Source: Mobula hypostoma
Lineage: Eukaryota
DNA: 64,000 nucleotides
NCBI RefSeq assembly: GCF_963921235.1
Contig: NC_086097.1
Span: 52,764,001-52,828,000 of the forward strand
Direction of reading: 5' to 3'
Of this stretch, positions 52,798 to 64,000 are shown piece by piece; the stretch's first letter is position 1; each line of letters opens with the position of its first letter. The notes under the pieces are model-generated. The model did no database searches. It was not told where the DNA came from and was given only the letters and a program-made list of their open reading frames with translations. Both the position numbers and the translations under genes were made by a program.

Positions 52798-52922
52798 CTT
52801 TGTCCAGGTCTGGACTGAATAATCCTACAACAGAAACGTTCTGATACAGTTTGAGATCTCCACTTAGATAGGCTTCAATATCTTCTGTTGTTGTTAATTT
52901 GGCAGGATTAGCCAGCCTACTC
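52798..52922 (-). CDS. txndc16: txndc16 internal coding exon, 125 bp (SRLANPAKLTTTEDIEAYLSGDLKLYQNVSVVGLFSPDLDK)
   Basis: ttttag acceptor and GTAAAC donor; peptide resembles the recalled human TXNDC16 segment ...[28 protein letters not shown]; phase fits the next exon. Confidence 0.9.
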
Positions 52923-53958
52923 CTAAAATGAAGAACAAATGGAAAGCGTCAAACAATGCCAAGAAATCACAGAACTTGGTAAATCATTAATATTTGTAAA
53001 GGTGCCAGAATAATTGCAAACTATATAAACACTCAACAGTAAATAATAACAATCAAGTCGAACTTACTCAGCAAAGAAACTAGCCATATTTTTACTTGCG
53101 TTCCTGATGCAGTAAGCTAGTAGGTCTTATACAATACTTAGCTTTCAAACCATGCTTCTTACAAATCTAAACCTAATGATTATCTTAACCAGTCATATCA
53201 AATTCTTCAAAATAGAATATGGTGGAGAGATACCTTCTGATGAACACAATGGTGCAACAGATTTGCCATATTTGCAGAATTTAAACAGAAAAGTGGTTAT
53301 AGTAAGATCTGAAGCCAGTCATCAAATATAGTACTGAGCTACAGGTATATAAAAAGATAAGATAGAGATAACCAAACCATTTCTAAATATGGTCGGTTTT
53401 AGAGCATTCTGGAGAATGAATGCCGTCGAGAAGTTTAGGGAGGAAGTTCAGAGGCTTTGACAGCCCAAAATGTGGCCATCAAAGGCAGAGAGATCAATGA
53501 TGAGGAGTTTCAAAAGGTCATCAGTGCTGCAATGAAAATATCAGGAAAGAATATAGTACAAGATTACAAAGTTAGGCCACAGTGAAGTCATGGCAGATTC
53601 AAAAATGAGGATGCAAACATTAAAATCAAGTTAAACAAGCACAGAAATGATTAGTTTAATATTTTAAAGTTTAGAATAGGACATATGCCACTCCCATTTA
53701 GGGAAGGGTCAACTTCAATGGATGAAACATCTGGCTCAGGGAAACTGGAGACAAAGACTGGCAGGGTGCAAGGTTTCAGCTACAATGCACACGTATTCCC
53801 AGTGAGGGAGAAGTGTAGTAAAATTAAAGACAATTCTCCATGGAAAATAAGAGAGTACAAGATAGATGTCAGGTTGCTTTCATAAATGAGAACAAGAAGT
53901 GAAGCAAAAAAAAAATTAGAAGCAAAGAGAGAGCATGACAAAATATTGGCAGCAAATA

Positions 53959-54840
53959 TAGTGCCTTGAAGAATTATTCAGCTCCCAACCCTTTGTTCAT
54001 GTAAATGAGAATTACAGCTGGGGATTGTGAACAATTTAACTGAAATGTTTTATTTGTGAATCACCTTGTTTTCACAGTAGAGCCCAAAAAAATGGAAAAT
54101 TGTAAAGCATGAAAAATTTAAAATTCAAAAACTTAAATCTCAGCACTTCAAAAGTAGTCATCCCCATTTGCGCAGTACTTAGTTGAAACACCTATTGCAG
54201 CTATTACAGCCAGTAGTCTTTTTGGATTAATCTCTAATATTAGCTGTGCACAACATGACGGAGCAAGATTTGTCCATTCCTCCTTGCAAAATTGCTCAAG
54301 CTGTGCCAAGTTAGTTGGGGAGTGGAAGTGGACAGCAATCTTGAGGCCTTGTCAGAGATGTTTGATTGGGTTAAGATCAGGACTCTGACTGGGCGACTCA
54401 AGCACATCAATTTTCTTCAATTGAAGCCATTCCATGGTTGCTCTGACAGTATGCTTTGGGTCATTGTCCTGCTGAAAGACAAACTTCCTCTATAGTTCAT
54501 GCTTTCTGGCAGAGGCTAGCAGGTTTATATACAAGATCTCTCTGTATTTAGCAGCATTCATTTTCCCATCAATCCTGACCGGATTTCCAGTCCCTTCTGC
54601 TGAAAAACATTCCCATAGCATGATGCTACTTTGTAGTGGGGATGGTGTTACCTTGCTGATGTACAGTATTAGGTTTACGCTACATGCACCATTAAAAGAA
54701 AACATATCCTGGTTGTAAAGACTTTGCAAAGTGTCACTTAGAAAATACTGAAAAGATGTGGAAGAAGGGCTTGTGGTTGGATGAGATTAAAGTAGAATAC
54801 TGGTCTCAACACTAAGCAGTAGGCGTGGCATAAATCTACT
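53959..54840 (-). mobile_element. Tc1/mariner DNA transposon remnant
   Basis: TIR-like tagtgccttgaagaattattcag; minus-strand [40 protein letters not shown]. Confidence 0.85.
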
Positions 54841-55369
54841 TTAGGTCTGGATTTATGTTTCAAAATCATTGCATCTTGATTTGTAAAACTGGGCAACAGC
54901 AATGAACAATAATTTAGTTTGAATCACACTTAACCTATAACATGAAACTTTCAAGCAACCCCAAATGTTTTTTACTCAAATGCACAAAACAAAACTGCAA
55001 TTTTTCTACTGTGATTAGATCCCTGAAGGAATATGTTAATGTAATGTAATTATGTCAAGTAGACGGGAGAATTGAACATTCTTAACAGCTGTATATCCTC
55101 AGCATGCTGCACCCTTCAGATTATCAGCGACCATCAGCACTCTCTTAACATCCGATATGTTGAAAAATAGGCTGGGGAGTGTCGGAATTAGTAAGGTGAA
55201 GGACCTTTTAACACCAAAACCTCAAAACAATGCTAATCACTATGCTTCCCACCAAACCATCTAAAAAAAATCAGATATGACAAATTTTCCCAGAAAAGTA
55301 TTAGTACATCAGAGAAGTTAAGTAAATAAATGATTGTTTGTAGAAGTTCATGCCTCAAGGACATGCTCA

Positions 55370-56035
55370 AAAATGCTGCATCAATCATCAAAGACCCCAT
55401 AACCCAAGATACGCCCTCTTCTCATCGCTACTATTGAGGAGGAGGAACAGGAGCCTGAAGACACACACTCAAATTTTTAGGAACAGCTTCTTCCCCTTTG
55501 CCATCAGATTTCTGAATGGTCAATGAACCCATGTACACTACCACAATAATTTTTTTCTTTTTTGCTCTCATTTTGCACTACTTTTTTTTCTCATATACAT
55601 TTTCTTATTGTAATTTGTTTTAATTATTATGCAGTGCAATTGCCCACCATTGAGAACATCTACCATAAACACTGCCTGGGCAGGGCGAAATGCATTATCA
55701 AGGATGCACCTCACCCTTACCATGGACTTTTTAAACTCCGCTCCCATCTGGTAGGTGCTACAGGGGCCTCCGTTCCCACACCAGCAGGCACAGGAAGAGC
55801 TTCTTCCCTGAGGCTGTGACCCTGCTGAACCTCTCATCACAGCGCTAAGCAGTATTGCACCCATATTGTACTGTTTCAGTACTTTTATATCTGTGTGCTG
55901 TAGCACTTACTTTTTATTCCCAGTTATTTTGTAAATAACACTATTCTTTACATTTCTGGTTAGATGCTAACTGCATTTCACTGGCTTTGTATCTGTACTC
56001 GGCACAATGACAATAAAGTTGAATCTAATCTAATC
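55370..56035 (+). mobile_element. two abutting Rex1/Babar 3' fragments
   Basis: IIKDP/IIKDAPHP..LF relics; the second ends gacaataaagttgaatctaatctaatc. Confidence 0.7.
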
Positions 56036-56979
56036 GCACGGTACTGCTATCATAAAACAACATATTTAACTTGACTCTCTTCCTGACTTTTAGAGAATAG
56101 CAGATTATTTTCGATTTTAGCACTGGACATGCAAGTACACATCTTTATGGACAAGCTGATTGATTATGTTTAATTTGACCAACAAGATATAAAGGAAAAA
56201 TTCCCTCTAATTTAGAGCTTAGATGGAAAACACACTTTCTGATTATAAAGCATGCACAATAAAATAAAAAAAACTACCCCTTACGAGTCAGTAATTTCAG
56301 TATTGTTCCCTGGTTTTGTAGGAGAAAAATGTTTGCATTCTAAACTGCCACTTCATTCATTTTAAATACTTATGCATTTATCAGACTAAAGCACACAGGA
56401 TTTTTTTCTAAATCTTGTACAAGCCTGTATTTCTGATATTACCTATTCATTTTAATTGATGGTATCAGGGCATGTACAATTAGGTATTTGCAAAAACAAC
56501 GAATGCTTGGAATTCTTGGCTTTCCACTAAAGATTCCCATGGGTGAGTCACCCAAATATCTTAACACTACAGAATATGCAGTTTAATAAATTGGAATGCT
56601 TTTAATGACTGTTTACCTTTTCCTTTTAAACTCTGAAGAATCCTACAGTTTAGGTTAGAAACATCTTCATCTTTCTACTTGGACATGGGATGAAAGAAAT
56701 TGCAGAGCAGTGGTTTGTGAATCTGTAACTGGGACTTAACAACACAGCTGAAGAAGGTGACTGCCACTGGCAAATGATATCCTTTTCACAGTTTCTGTAA
56801 ACAAAGTTACTTTATTTTCCAAAAATGCCTCGTTAACAGAATTGCACTTTCTGGAAAGGATGCTCTAAACCTGGGTGTTGTCAACTGTGCTTCTAACTAA
56901 AGGGATGCTGCTGTCCAGTTTGCCAAGGCCAGTAGTTTTATAATATTTCCCTTAAATTATAACAGCATTGGAGATTTCG

Positions 56980-57842
56980 TTTGTTCAAAGGTTCATTCAT
57001 TATCAAAGTATACAACTCTGAAGTTCTTCTTCAGATAACCATGAAACCAAGAAAGAAAAGAATGGCAGCATGTTCACCAACCGCCAAATCCCTCCTCCCC
57101 GCACAAAAAAAAGAAAATAAAACAGAACAGGCACATCGACCCCCAAATCAACCTCCCCAACACACAAAAAAATTAGAAAGATTGGGCAAACCGAATATAA
57201 AAAACTATAGACTGAAACAAAATCTATAGTCCAAGTCCGTATCCAAGAGACAGAAAACCTGGGTAACATTCTCCAGGCATAGCAGCTGGCCTCTCCCCCT
57301 GAAGCAGCAGAGCGATCCCACCAGTAATCAAAAGCAGTCTCCCCTCTCCACAGCCGAGCAATCCCACATCGATCAAAAGGCAGTTTCCCCTCTCTGCTAG
57401 CAGAGCGAACCCACCAGTAATCAAAAGGCAGTTTTCCCCTCTCCATAGCAGAGAGATTCTACTGGTAATCAAAATGTGGATCACCTTCCACATTTACCTC
57501 GATGTTTCAATCTCACTCATCACTTTAATCAGTGAACAATGGAAGCTTTAATTGACAGAATGAACAAAGGAAGCCTTAATCGAACCTTGGCTTGCGCCCT
57601 GCAGCATTCTCACCACGACGTTCGTGCACGCTGCCTCTGCCTCCCGAAATCGTCTCGGAGTCTGCAGAGCGCTGAAACACCCAAATGATCTTTGAACTGC
57701 AAATCACAGGCTCTTACAGTTCCAGGATCACATTGAAGATGAAAAACAAATGTACAAGACAGAAAAGAAGTAAAATATATGGTTTCATGATCTACCCAGA
57801 AGATGTCAACCAAAGGAGTGTCATACGCAGGTGTCATCTTGA
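56980..57842 (-). mobile_element. non-coding retroelement-like insert with internal 45-47 bp repeats
   Basis: Minus-strand head caagatgacacc; tail tttgataatgaatgaacctttgaac; repeats at about 57284-57475. Confidence 0.5.
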
Positions 57843-58469
57843 ATAAGGATTGTATTTTTCAGTTGAAAAACAGGTACTGGATTATGTCCAAAATCATCCT
57901 TTCATGGCTGATGAAACAAAGGGTGGTTCCTTGTTTGCTAAACAATTTTGACAGATATACATCATAGCCACACAACTCACAATGAGTATTTTTATCTTCA
58001 GCATAGGAGAAGCCCTGCTGGAAACCCACTGTGGACAAGTTACAGTATGTGATAACCATGGAGCTTTCATTCTCTGAAGGTTGAGGCACTGAGTCAATGG
58101 TGGGTAAATAAAAAGAGAACATAGAAGAATACAGCACATGAACAAGCCCCCTGGCCCATAATGTCGTGCCGAACCAATTAAATTAGTAAGGAAAAGCCCA
58201 CTAAATTAATCCCTCTTGTCTGCACAAGATTCAAGCTTATTTACCATGTGTACACCAAAACCTTCAGTGAAGTGAACAACCAACACATCAGAGTGTGTGC
58301 TAGGGGCAGCATTCCAATGTCACCACACATTGTGGTGCCAACATAGCACGCCTACAATACTCAGCAGAACAACACAAAGCAAGCCCCTTTCCGTACTCCC
58401 ACCCACACATATACACAACCTTTTAATCAGTGTCCATATTCTTCCATTCTATGCACGTTCATCTTTCAC

Positions 58470-58760
58470 TTATTTGTTTAGAAATACACGGAACAGCCGC
58501 TTCTGGCCCAAAGCCACACCACCCGGAAACCCACCTATTTAACCCTAGCCTAATCACAGGACAACTTACAGTGACCAATTAGCCTGCTAACCACTGCACC
58601 TTTGTTCTGTGACAGTAAACCAGAGCACCCGGAAGAATCCCATGCGCACAGGAGAAGAACTGGCACACTTTCTTACAGAGGACGCCAGATCTGAATTCCA
58701 GCCTCTGTCGCCCCAAGCTGTAATAGCATTGTGCTAACTGATATGCCACTGTGGAGCCCT
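58470..58760 (-). mobile_element. tRNA-headed V-SINE-like element
   Basis: cagtggcatatcagttagcacaatgct head; ccgggtgctctggtttac and ggctaattggtcactgtaagttg blocks; nested among CR1 and Rex fragments (58118-58970). Confidence 0.65.
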
Positions 58761-59084
58761 TCAATCCGAGAACTTCCTGAATACCCCTGTCAGACTTGCC
58801 TCCACCCACCACGCCAGGCACCACATTCCAAACACCCACTACTCTCTGTTAACTAAAACATGCCCCATAGATGTCCACTGAAATTAGCCCCCTCACCTTA
58901 AATGCATAGCTTCTAGTGTTAGTCAATTCAACTCTGAGAAAATACTGGCTATCTACTCCATTTATGACTCTCACAATAAGGCCATAAGACAAAAGAGCAG
59001 AATTAGGCCATTGGGTCCAATGAGTCTACTCCACTATTCGATCATGGCTAATTTATTTTCCCTGTTAACACCATTCTATTGTCT

Positions 59085-59752
59085 GGTGGGAGGAGAAGAT
59101 GGTGGCGTGATGCAGCTCGCAGCGACCACTCCAGTGGTGATGTCTGTTATTTGTCAAGTACAGTGCCGTGCACAATCCTGATTTGATGGAGACGGACGTG
59201 AGAGCACGGAGGAACATCTGGTGAAACTTCTGAAACACCTGCTTCGCTGCTGCTGCTACTGTGTGGTCCAGAATCTCCGGAGGAGAAGGCCCCGAGTCCT
59301 CAGCTTTGCTTGTTGCTTGGTAGCCAGGGCGGGGTCGAAGCGCTCGACAGAGGATGGTGCTCAGAGAGGCTGGTCAGAGGCTCAAAGTTTTCGGACGGAC
59401 TCAGAGTTGGCTGCGGTCAGGCACTTCCAATGCATCGGCAAGTTGTCGGCGCTTGGAGGTTCATGGCAGGGAGAGTTTCTCCCTTCTGCCGACTGTGTTA
59501 GATGATGAGTCCATCGGGACTTTGAGACTTTTTTTTTTTAACAATGCCCATGGTCTGCTCTCTATCAAATTATGGTATTGCTTTGCATTATTGTAACTAT
59601 ATGTTATAATTACGTGGCTTTGTCAGTTTTAGTCTTGGTTTGTTCTGTTTTTTTGTGATATCGTTCTGGAGGAACATTGTATCATTTTTTAACGCATGCA
59701 TTTCTAAATGACAATAAACAAGGACTGAGTGTCCTCATAATCTAATCTAATC
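59085..59752 (+). mobile_element. non-coding non-autonomous retroelement with (AATCT)n tail, copy 2
   Basis: aagatggtggcg head; homologous to 50623-51255. Confidence 0.7.
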
Positions 59753-59795
59753 TTTCCCCCAAAACCTTGGATACACTTACTAATCAAGAGCCTAT

Positions 59796-61236
59796 CTGGG
59801 TGTATGTAATATAAACAGTGAACACTAGGTGATAATAATCATAAAAAAGAACAGACATGGCTGGCTACAACATCAAGGTAGACGCATTCCATTGCATAAC
59901 AGATGCTGAATCGACTGAGCAGTATTTTTAGCAAATGGAATGGCCAATGAAAAACAAGTACCAATTTTGCTCTGTGCACTGGATTTAAAGGCATACGGTT
60001 TGCCTAGAGGTTTAACTGCTTCACCCAAACCAGCTTAAATGAGCTTTGATGACGTTGTGAAAGTAATACAGGAGCATTTAGAACCCAAAACCATTGCTGA
60101 TTGCACAACACTTCAGATTCCATGAGTGAAATCAAGAGGAAGGTGAGTCCACTTCATCATACGTGGTAATATATCTGAGAAAGCCTCTGATATGTGAAAT
60201 CAGGCAGTTACTTGCGAAATGTGACTTGGGAAGGGTGCAAGCATTTGGCTTTTGAGTATAAAGAACCAGAATCTATGTGCGGGCATTAAGGTTATTGCAT
60301 GAACTTGAATTGAAAGCAAAAAGCTGCTTGTAAAAGTAGATGCAAAGACCAAAGCCCAGCTGGATGAATGGAAGGGCAAAAAGAAAGAAGTCAATGGAAA
60401 TAGGAAAACAGAAAATTTGTCAGATGATGTTGTGAATGTGAAAACCAAGAGGGGGAATCAGATCGTAAAGGGAGCAATAGAAGGATTCATAAAAATACTC
60501 CAGTGAACTAAATTTGCCTTCCCAAAATCAAGATGCACATCCTTAAAAGAAGAAAAAAAGAAAGGTGTGGGTGAAATAAGCGCTATGAAATGGAATAGGA
60601 TAAATGAGACCTAATTTCTTGAGAGATTAGCAATTTCAAAGATACTCACAAGAAACCATAAGAAAAAAAAGTGAGAAAAAGGAAGACAAGAAGTTGAAAA
60701 GGAGAGAAGCAAGGATCAAAGTAGATCCAGAGAGAAAAGGAGAAGAACGATGTCCAGAGCTGTCAGAAGAAAATTCCTGCAGTCCCAGAGTCAGTTCCTG
60801 CAAACACCACAGAAGAGGCCCCAGAATCCGAGATTGTTTCATAACCACAATTCTCACCTACCAAGCAGTGACCCCCCCCTTGTCAGCAAAGACATTATCC
60901 CTTTAAAGTAAGCAAGCTTCAACAGCAATTAAATCTTTAGGCCTGAAGAGGGCAGTTTAAAAATTTCCTATGCTGTGGATGCCTGTTTGATATTTGTAAT
61001 ATATAGTATACAGTGTATATAGTTGAGATGCATTCTACATTGAGTTGGAGTTTGCAGCAAAGTAGGGAGAAGTGTGTGGTATTTGAATAACATTGTCAAT
61101 ATATTGTTTGATTAAGCATTTTTGTTTAAATATTTCATTCTGGGTTATATGTTAAAATATGTGAATTACATACATGATACAACCATGTGATACGTGCACA
61201 GCTCGCTTCAGGTATAAACAACGTACACGCGTTATC
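59796..61236 (+). mobile_element. internally deleted Gypsy-type LTR retrotransposon remnant
   Basis: gag relic ANEKQVPILLCAL..AYGL..GLTASPKPA..IQEHLEPK; purine tract aagtagggagaag followed by a TG...AACA LTR; possible ctat TSD. Confidence 0.65.
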
Positions 61237-61604
61237 TCCCAGCTCCTTTGTTTCCCTTTCAATTAGTTTTTATGCTTTGGAGTTACAAAACATAACACTA
61301 TCAACTTCCACTTTAAACACAGCCATCTGTGGCAATGATTTCCACAGATTCAACATCTACCAGATCTCCTGTCAGTCTTTGCCATTCCAGAGAAAACAAC
61401 CTCTCCAATTTGCACATACATCTATCCCATGGAAGCATCCTGGTAAACCCCTTTTTCACCCTCTCCAAAGCCTCCACATCCTTCCTATAATAAGGCGACC
61501 AGAAATGAATGTAATACTCCAAATGCGGCTTTATAAAGCTGCAACATGTCATGTCTCTTGAACTCAGTTCCTTGAGTAATAAAAGTGAGCAAGTCACATG
61601 TATC

Positions 61605-62175
61605 AAACATGAGAAATCAAGAGTAACACACATAAAATGCTGGAGGAACTCAGCAAGCCAGGCAGCATCTATGGAAAAGAGTAAGCACTCAACGTTTCGG
61701 GCTGAGACCTTTCATCAGGATTGGAAAACAAGGAGAGAAGTCAGGGTAAGAAGGTGGGGTGGAAGAAGTACAAGATGGTAGGTGATAGGTGAAACTGGAA
61801 GAGAGGGAGGGGTGAATTAAAGAGCTGGAAGGTTGATTGGTGAAAGAGATAAAGGGCTGGAGAAGGGGAAATCTGATAGCAGAGCACAGAAGACTATGAA
61901 AGAAAGGGGAATGTGAGGAGCACCCGAGGGAGGTAATGGGCAGGTAAGAAGATGTGTCAGAGAGAAGCATGAATGGGGAATGGCGATGGGAGGGGACAAT
62001 TACCGAAAGTGCAAGAAATCGATGTTCATGCTATCAGGTTGGAGGCTACCCAGACGGAATACAACATGTTGCTCCTCCAACTTGCATTTGGCCTCATTTG
62101 GGCAGTAAAGGAGGCCACGGGCTAACATGTCAGAATGGGAATGGGAAGTAGAATTGAAATGGGTGTCCACCGGGA
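61605..62175 (-). mobile_element. Penelope-like 3' fragment with hammerhead motif
   Basis: Homologous to about 9672-10120; CTGATGA-AAGGTCTCAGCCC-GAAAC-GTT at 61687-61722. Confidence 0.85.
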
Positions 62176-62176
62176 A

Positions 62177-62515
62177 ACATAGAAAACCTACACCACAATA
62201 CAGGCCCTTCGGCCCACAAAGCTGTGCCGAACATATCCTTACCTGAGAAATTACCCAGGGTTACCCATTGCCCTCTATTTTTCTGAGCTCCATATACCTA
62301 TCCAGGAGTCTCTTAAAAGACCCTATTGTATCCGCTTCCACCACTGTCGCCGGCAGCTCATTCCACACATTCACCACTCTCTGCGTAAAAGACTTACCCC
62401 TGATATCTCTTCTGTACCTACTTCCAAGCACCTTAAAAGTGTGCCCTCTTGTGCTAGCCATTTCAGCCCTGGGAAAAAGCCTCTGACTATCAATGCCTTT
62501 CATCATCTTATACAC
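62177..62515 (-). mobile_element. CR1 3' fragment
   Basis: ORF 62261-62515; same subfamily as 10898-11187. Confidence 0.9.
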
Positions 62516-62569
62516 TTATCCGTAATTGTGCCTTTGTGGCAGATAGAGCGAAGGTGCTCAAGGAGGGAG

Positions 62570-63325
62570 ATTGAAAATCTCTCTCAATGTCAGTAAGACC
62601 AAGGAACTGATAGCAGACTTCAGGAGAGCAGTAACCATTGGAGGATCAGAGGTACAGAGAGTCAATAACTTTAAATTCCTGGGTGTCACTATCTCAGAGG
62701 ACCTGTCCTGGACCCATCATATAAACTTTATTGTGAAGAAAGCACGACAGCTCCTCGACTTCCTCAGGACTTTGCGGAGATTCAACAAGTCATCGACAAC
62801 CTTGGCAAACTTGTACAGATGTGTGGTGGAAAGTGTGCTGACAGGCTGCATTACAGCCTGGTATGGGAACACCAATGCCTCTGAGCAGAAAATCCTGCAA
62901 AAGGTACTGGATTCGGCCCAGTACATTACAGTTAAAACCCTCCCAACCACTAAGCACATCTACACAAAATATTGCCGTAGAAAATTAGCACCCATCACAA
63001 AGATCCTCACCACAAAGCCCATGCTCTTTTCTCACTGTTGCCATCAGATAGAAGGTACAGGTGCTTCAGGATTCACACCATCAGGTTCAAGAACAACAAG
63101 CTCTTGAACAAAAGAAGATAACAACACCCATTAGTCCTGACGAAGGGTCTTGGCCTGAAACGTCAACTGTACCTCTTCCTAGAGATGCTGCCCGGCCTGC
63201 TGCGTTCACCAGCAACTTTGATGTGTGTTGCTTGAATTTCCAGCATCTGCAGAATCCCGGTTGTTTAAGGACTCTTATCTTGTTATTTCATGCTCATTAT
63301 TTATTGCTATTTATCACTTGAATTT
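62570..63325 (+). mobile_element. Rex1/Babar 3' fragment interrupted by a PLE mini-insert (63131-63266)
   Basis: LNVSKTKELIADFRR..FKFLGVTISEDLSW. Confidence 0.85.
63133..63168 (+). ncRNA. minimal hammerhead ribozyme motif (intact core, one helix I mismatch)
   Basis: AGTC-CTGACGA-AGG GTCTTGG CCT-GAAAC-GTC/AACT; predicted cleavage after 63164. Confidence 0.65.
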
Positions 63326-63329
63326 ATTT

Positions 63330-64000
63330 ATTGCTGGAACATACTTGTCCTGAACTCTGTGCATTTGGTCTTGGACCCCCTCCACATGTCAGATGTGGAC
63401 TTGCCCAAAAACAGCTGTTCCCAATTAACTCTCCCTATTTTCTGCCTAATGCTCTCATAATTAGGTCCAGGCTTATCCTTATTCATAGCAACTTTAAAAC
63501 TTAAGGAGTTGTGATCACTATTCCCTAACTATTCTCCCACTGAAAGGCAGGTCGCCTGGCCAGGCTCATCCCAACACTAGATCCAGTATAGCTTCTCTTC
63601 ATGTTGGGACTATCTATATGTTGATTCCAGAAACCCTCCTGGATGAACCGAACAAATTTTACCACATCTAAACTTCTTGTATAAAGCAAGTGCCCGTCTA
63701 TATTAGGGAAGTTGAAGTCATCCCTGACATCAGCCCAGCTATTTTTACACCTTTCTCTAATCTGCTGGGATGTCTGTTCCTCAATGAGTTGTACCCATAA
63801 AGACCCAAGTGGATGAGCCCTCCTTTACTTCCCCTCTGAGTGCAGCAGTTGTATGGTCCTTGATTAATAATGCAACTCTACCCCTCCCACAACATTTACT
63901 TCCTTCCCCATCTTTTCTAAAACATCTAAACCCTGAAACATAAAGCACCCATTCCTTTCCCCCTTGCAACCAAATCTCTTTTGTGGCCACAACATAATAA
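63330..64000 (-). mobile_element. degenerate CR1 APE fragment running off the window end
   Basis: EIWLQGG..VSGFRCFRKD..GRVALLIKD. Confidence 0.75.

Larger units (their letters stand above)
58975..61560 (-). mobile_element. CR1 3' fragment carrying two nested insertions
   Basis: Segments 58975-59084, 59753-59795 and 61237-61560 rejoin colinearly with the CR1 end at 41990-42220. Confidence 0.7.

Noticed and set aside
56612..56800. Possible further txndc16 exon (tttacag acceptor, GTAAAC donor on the minus strand)
   Set aside because: The frames I translated hit stops and show no similarity to the expected upstream TXNDC16 sequence

Overview
Eukaryotic, repeat-dense genomic DNA. The repeat spectrum (CR1, Rex1/Babar, L1, HERO, Penelope, V-SINE and Deu-SINE-like elements) suggests a cartilaginous fish such as a ray or skate; this is inference. 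The only host gene I can support is the 3' part of txndc16 (thioredoxin domain-containing 16/ERp90) on the minus strand: six GT-AG, phase-compatible coding exons at 52922-52798, 46333-46249, 41199-41061, 40104-39938, 35023-34833 and 26057-25771, ending in ...HKLHSEL-stop. Its upstream exons were not found and probably lie beyond 64000. Most of the rest is transposable elements, often nested: CR1 LINEs, Rex1/Babar LINEs, an end-complete L1 lacking its RT, a near full-length HERO element, Penelope-like elements (PLE), hAT/Charlie and Tc1 remnants, a Gypsy remnant, SINEs and a 24-bp minisatellite. The most notable signal is a dispersed family of short PLE-derived inserts carrying a minimal type-I hammerhead ribozyme motif (CUGANGA...GAAAC-GUC), with target-site duplications (TSDs), recurrent breakpoints at the ribozyme edge and inverted architectures. 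Exon and TSD coordinates were counted by hand; TE boundaries are approximate; family names come from motif recognition, not database searches.
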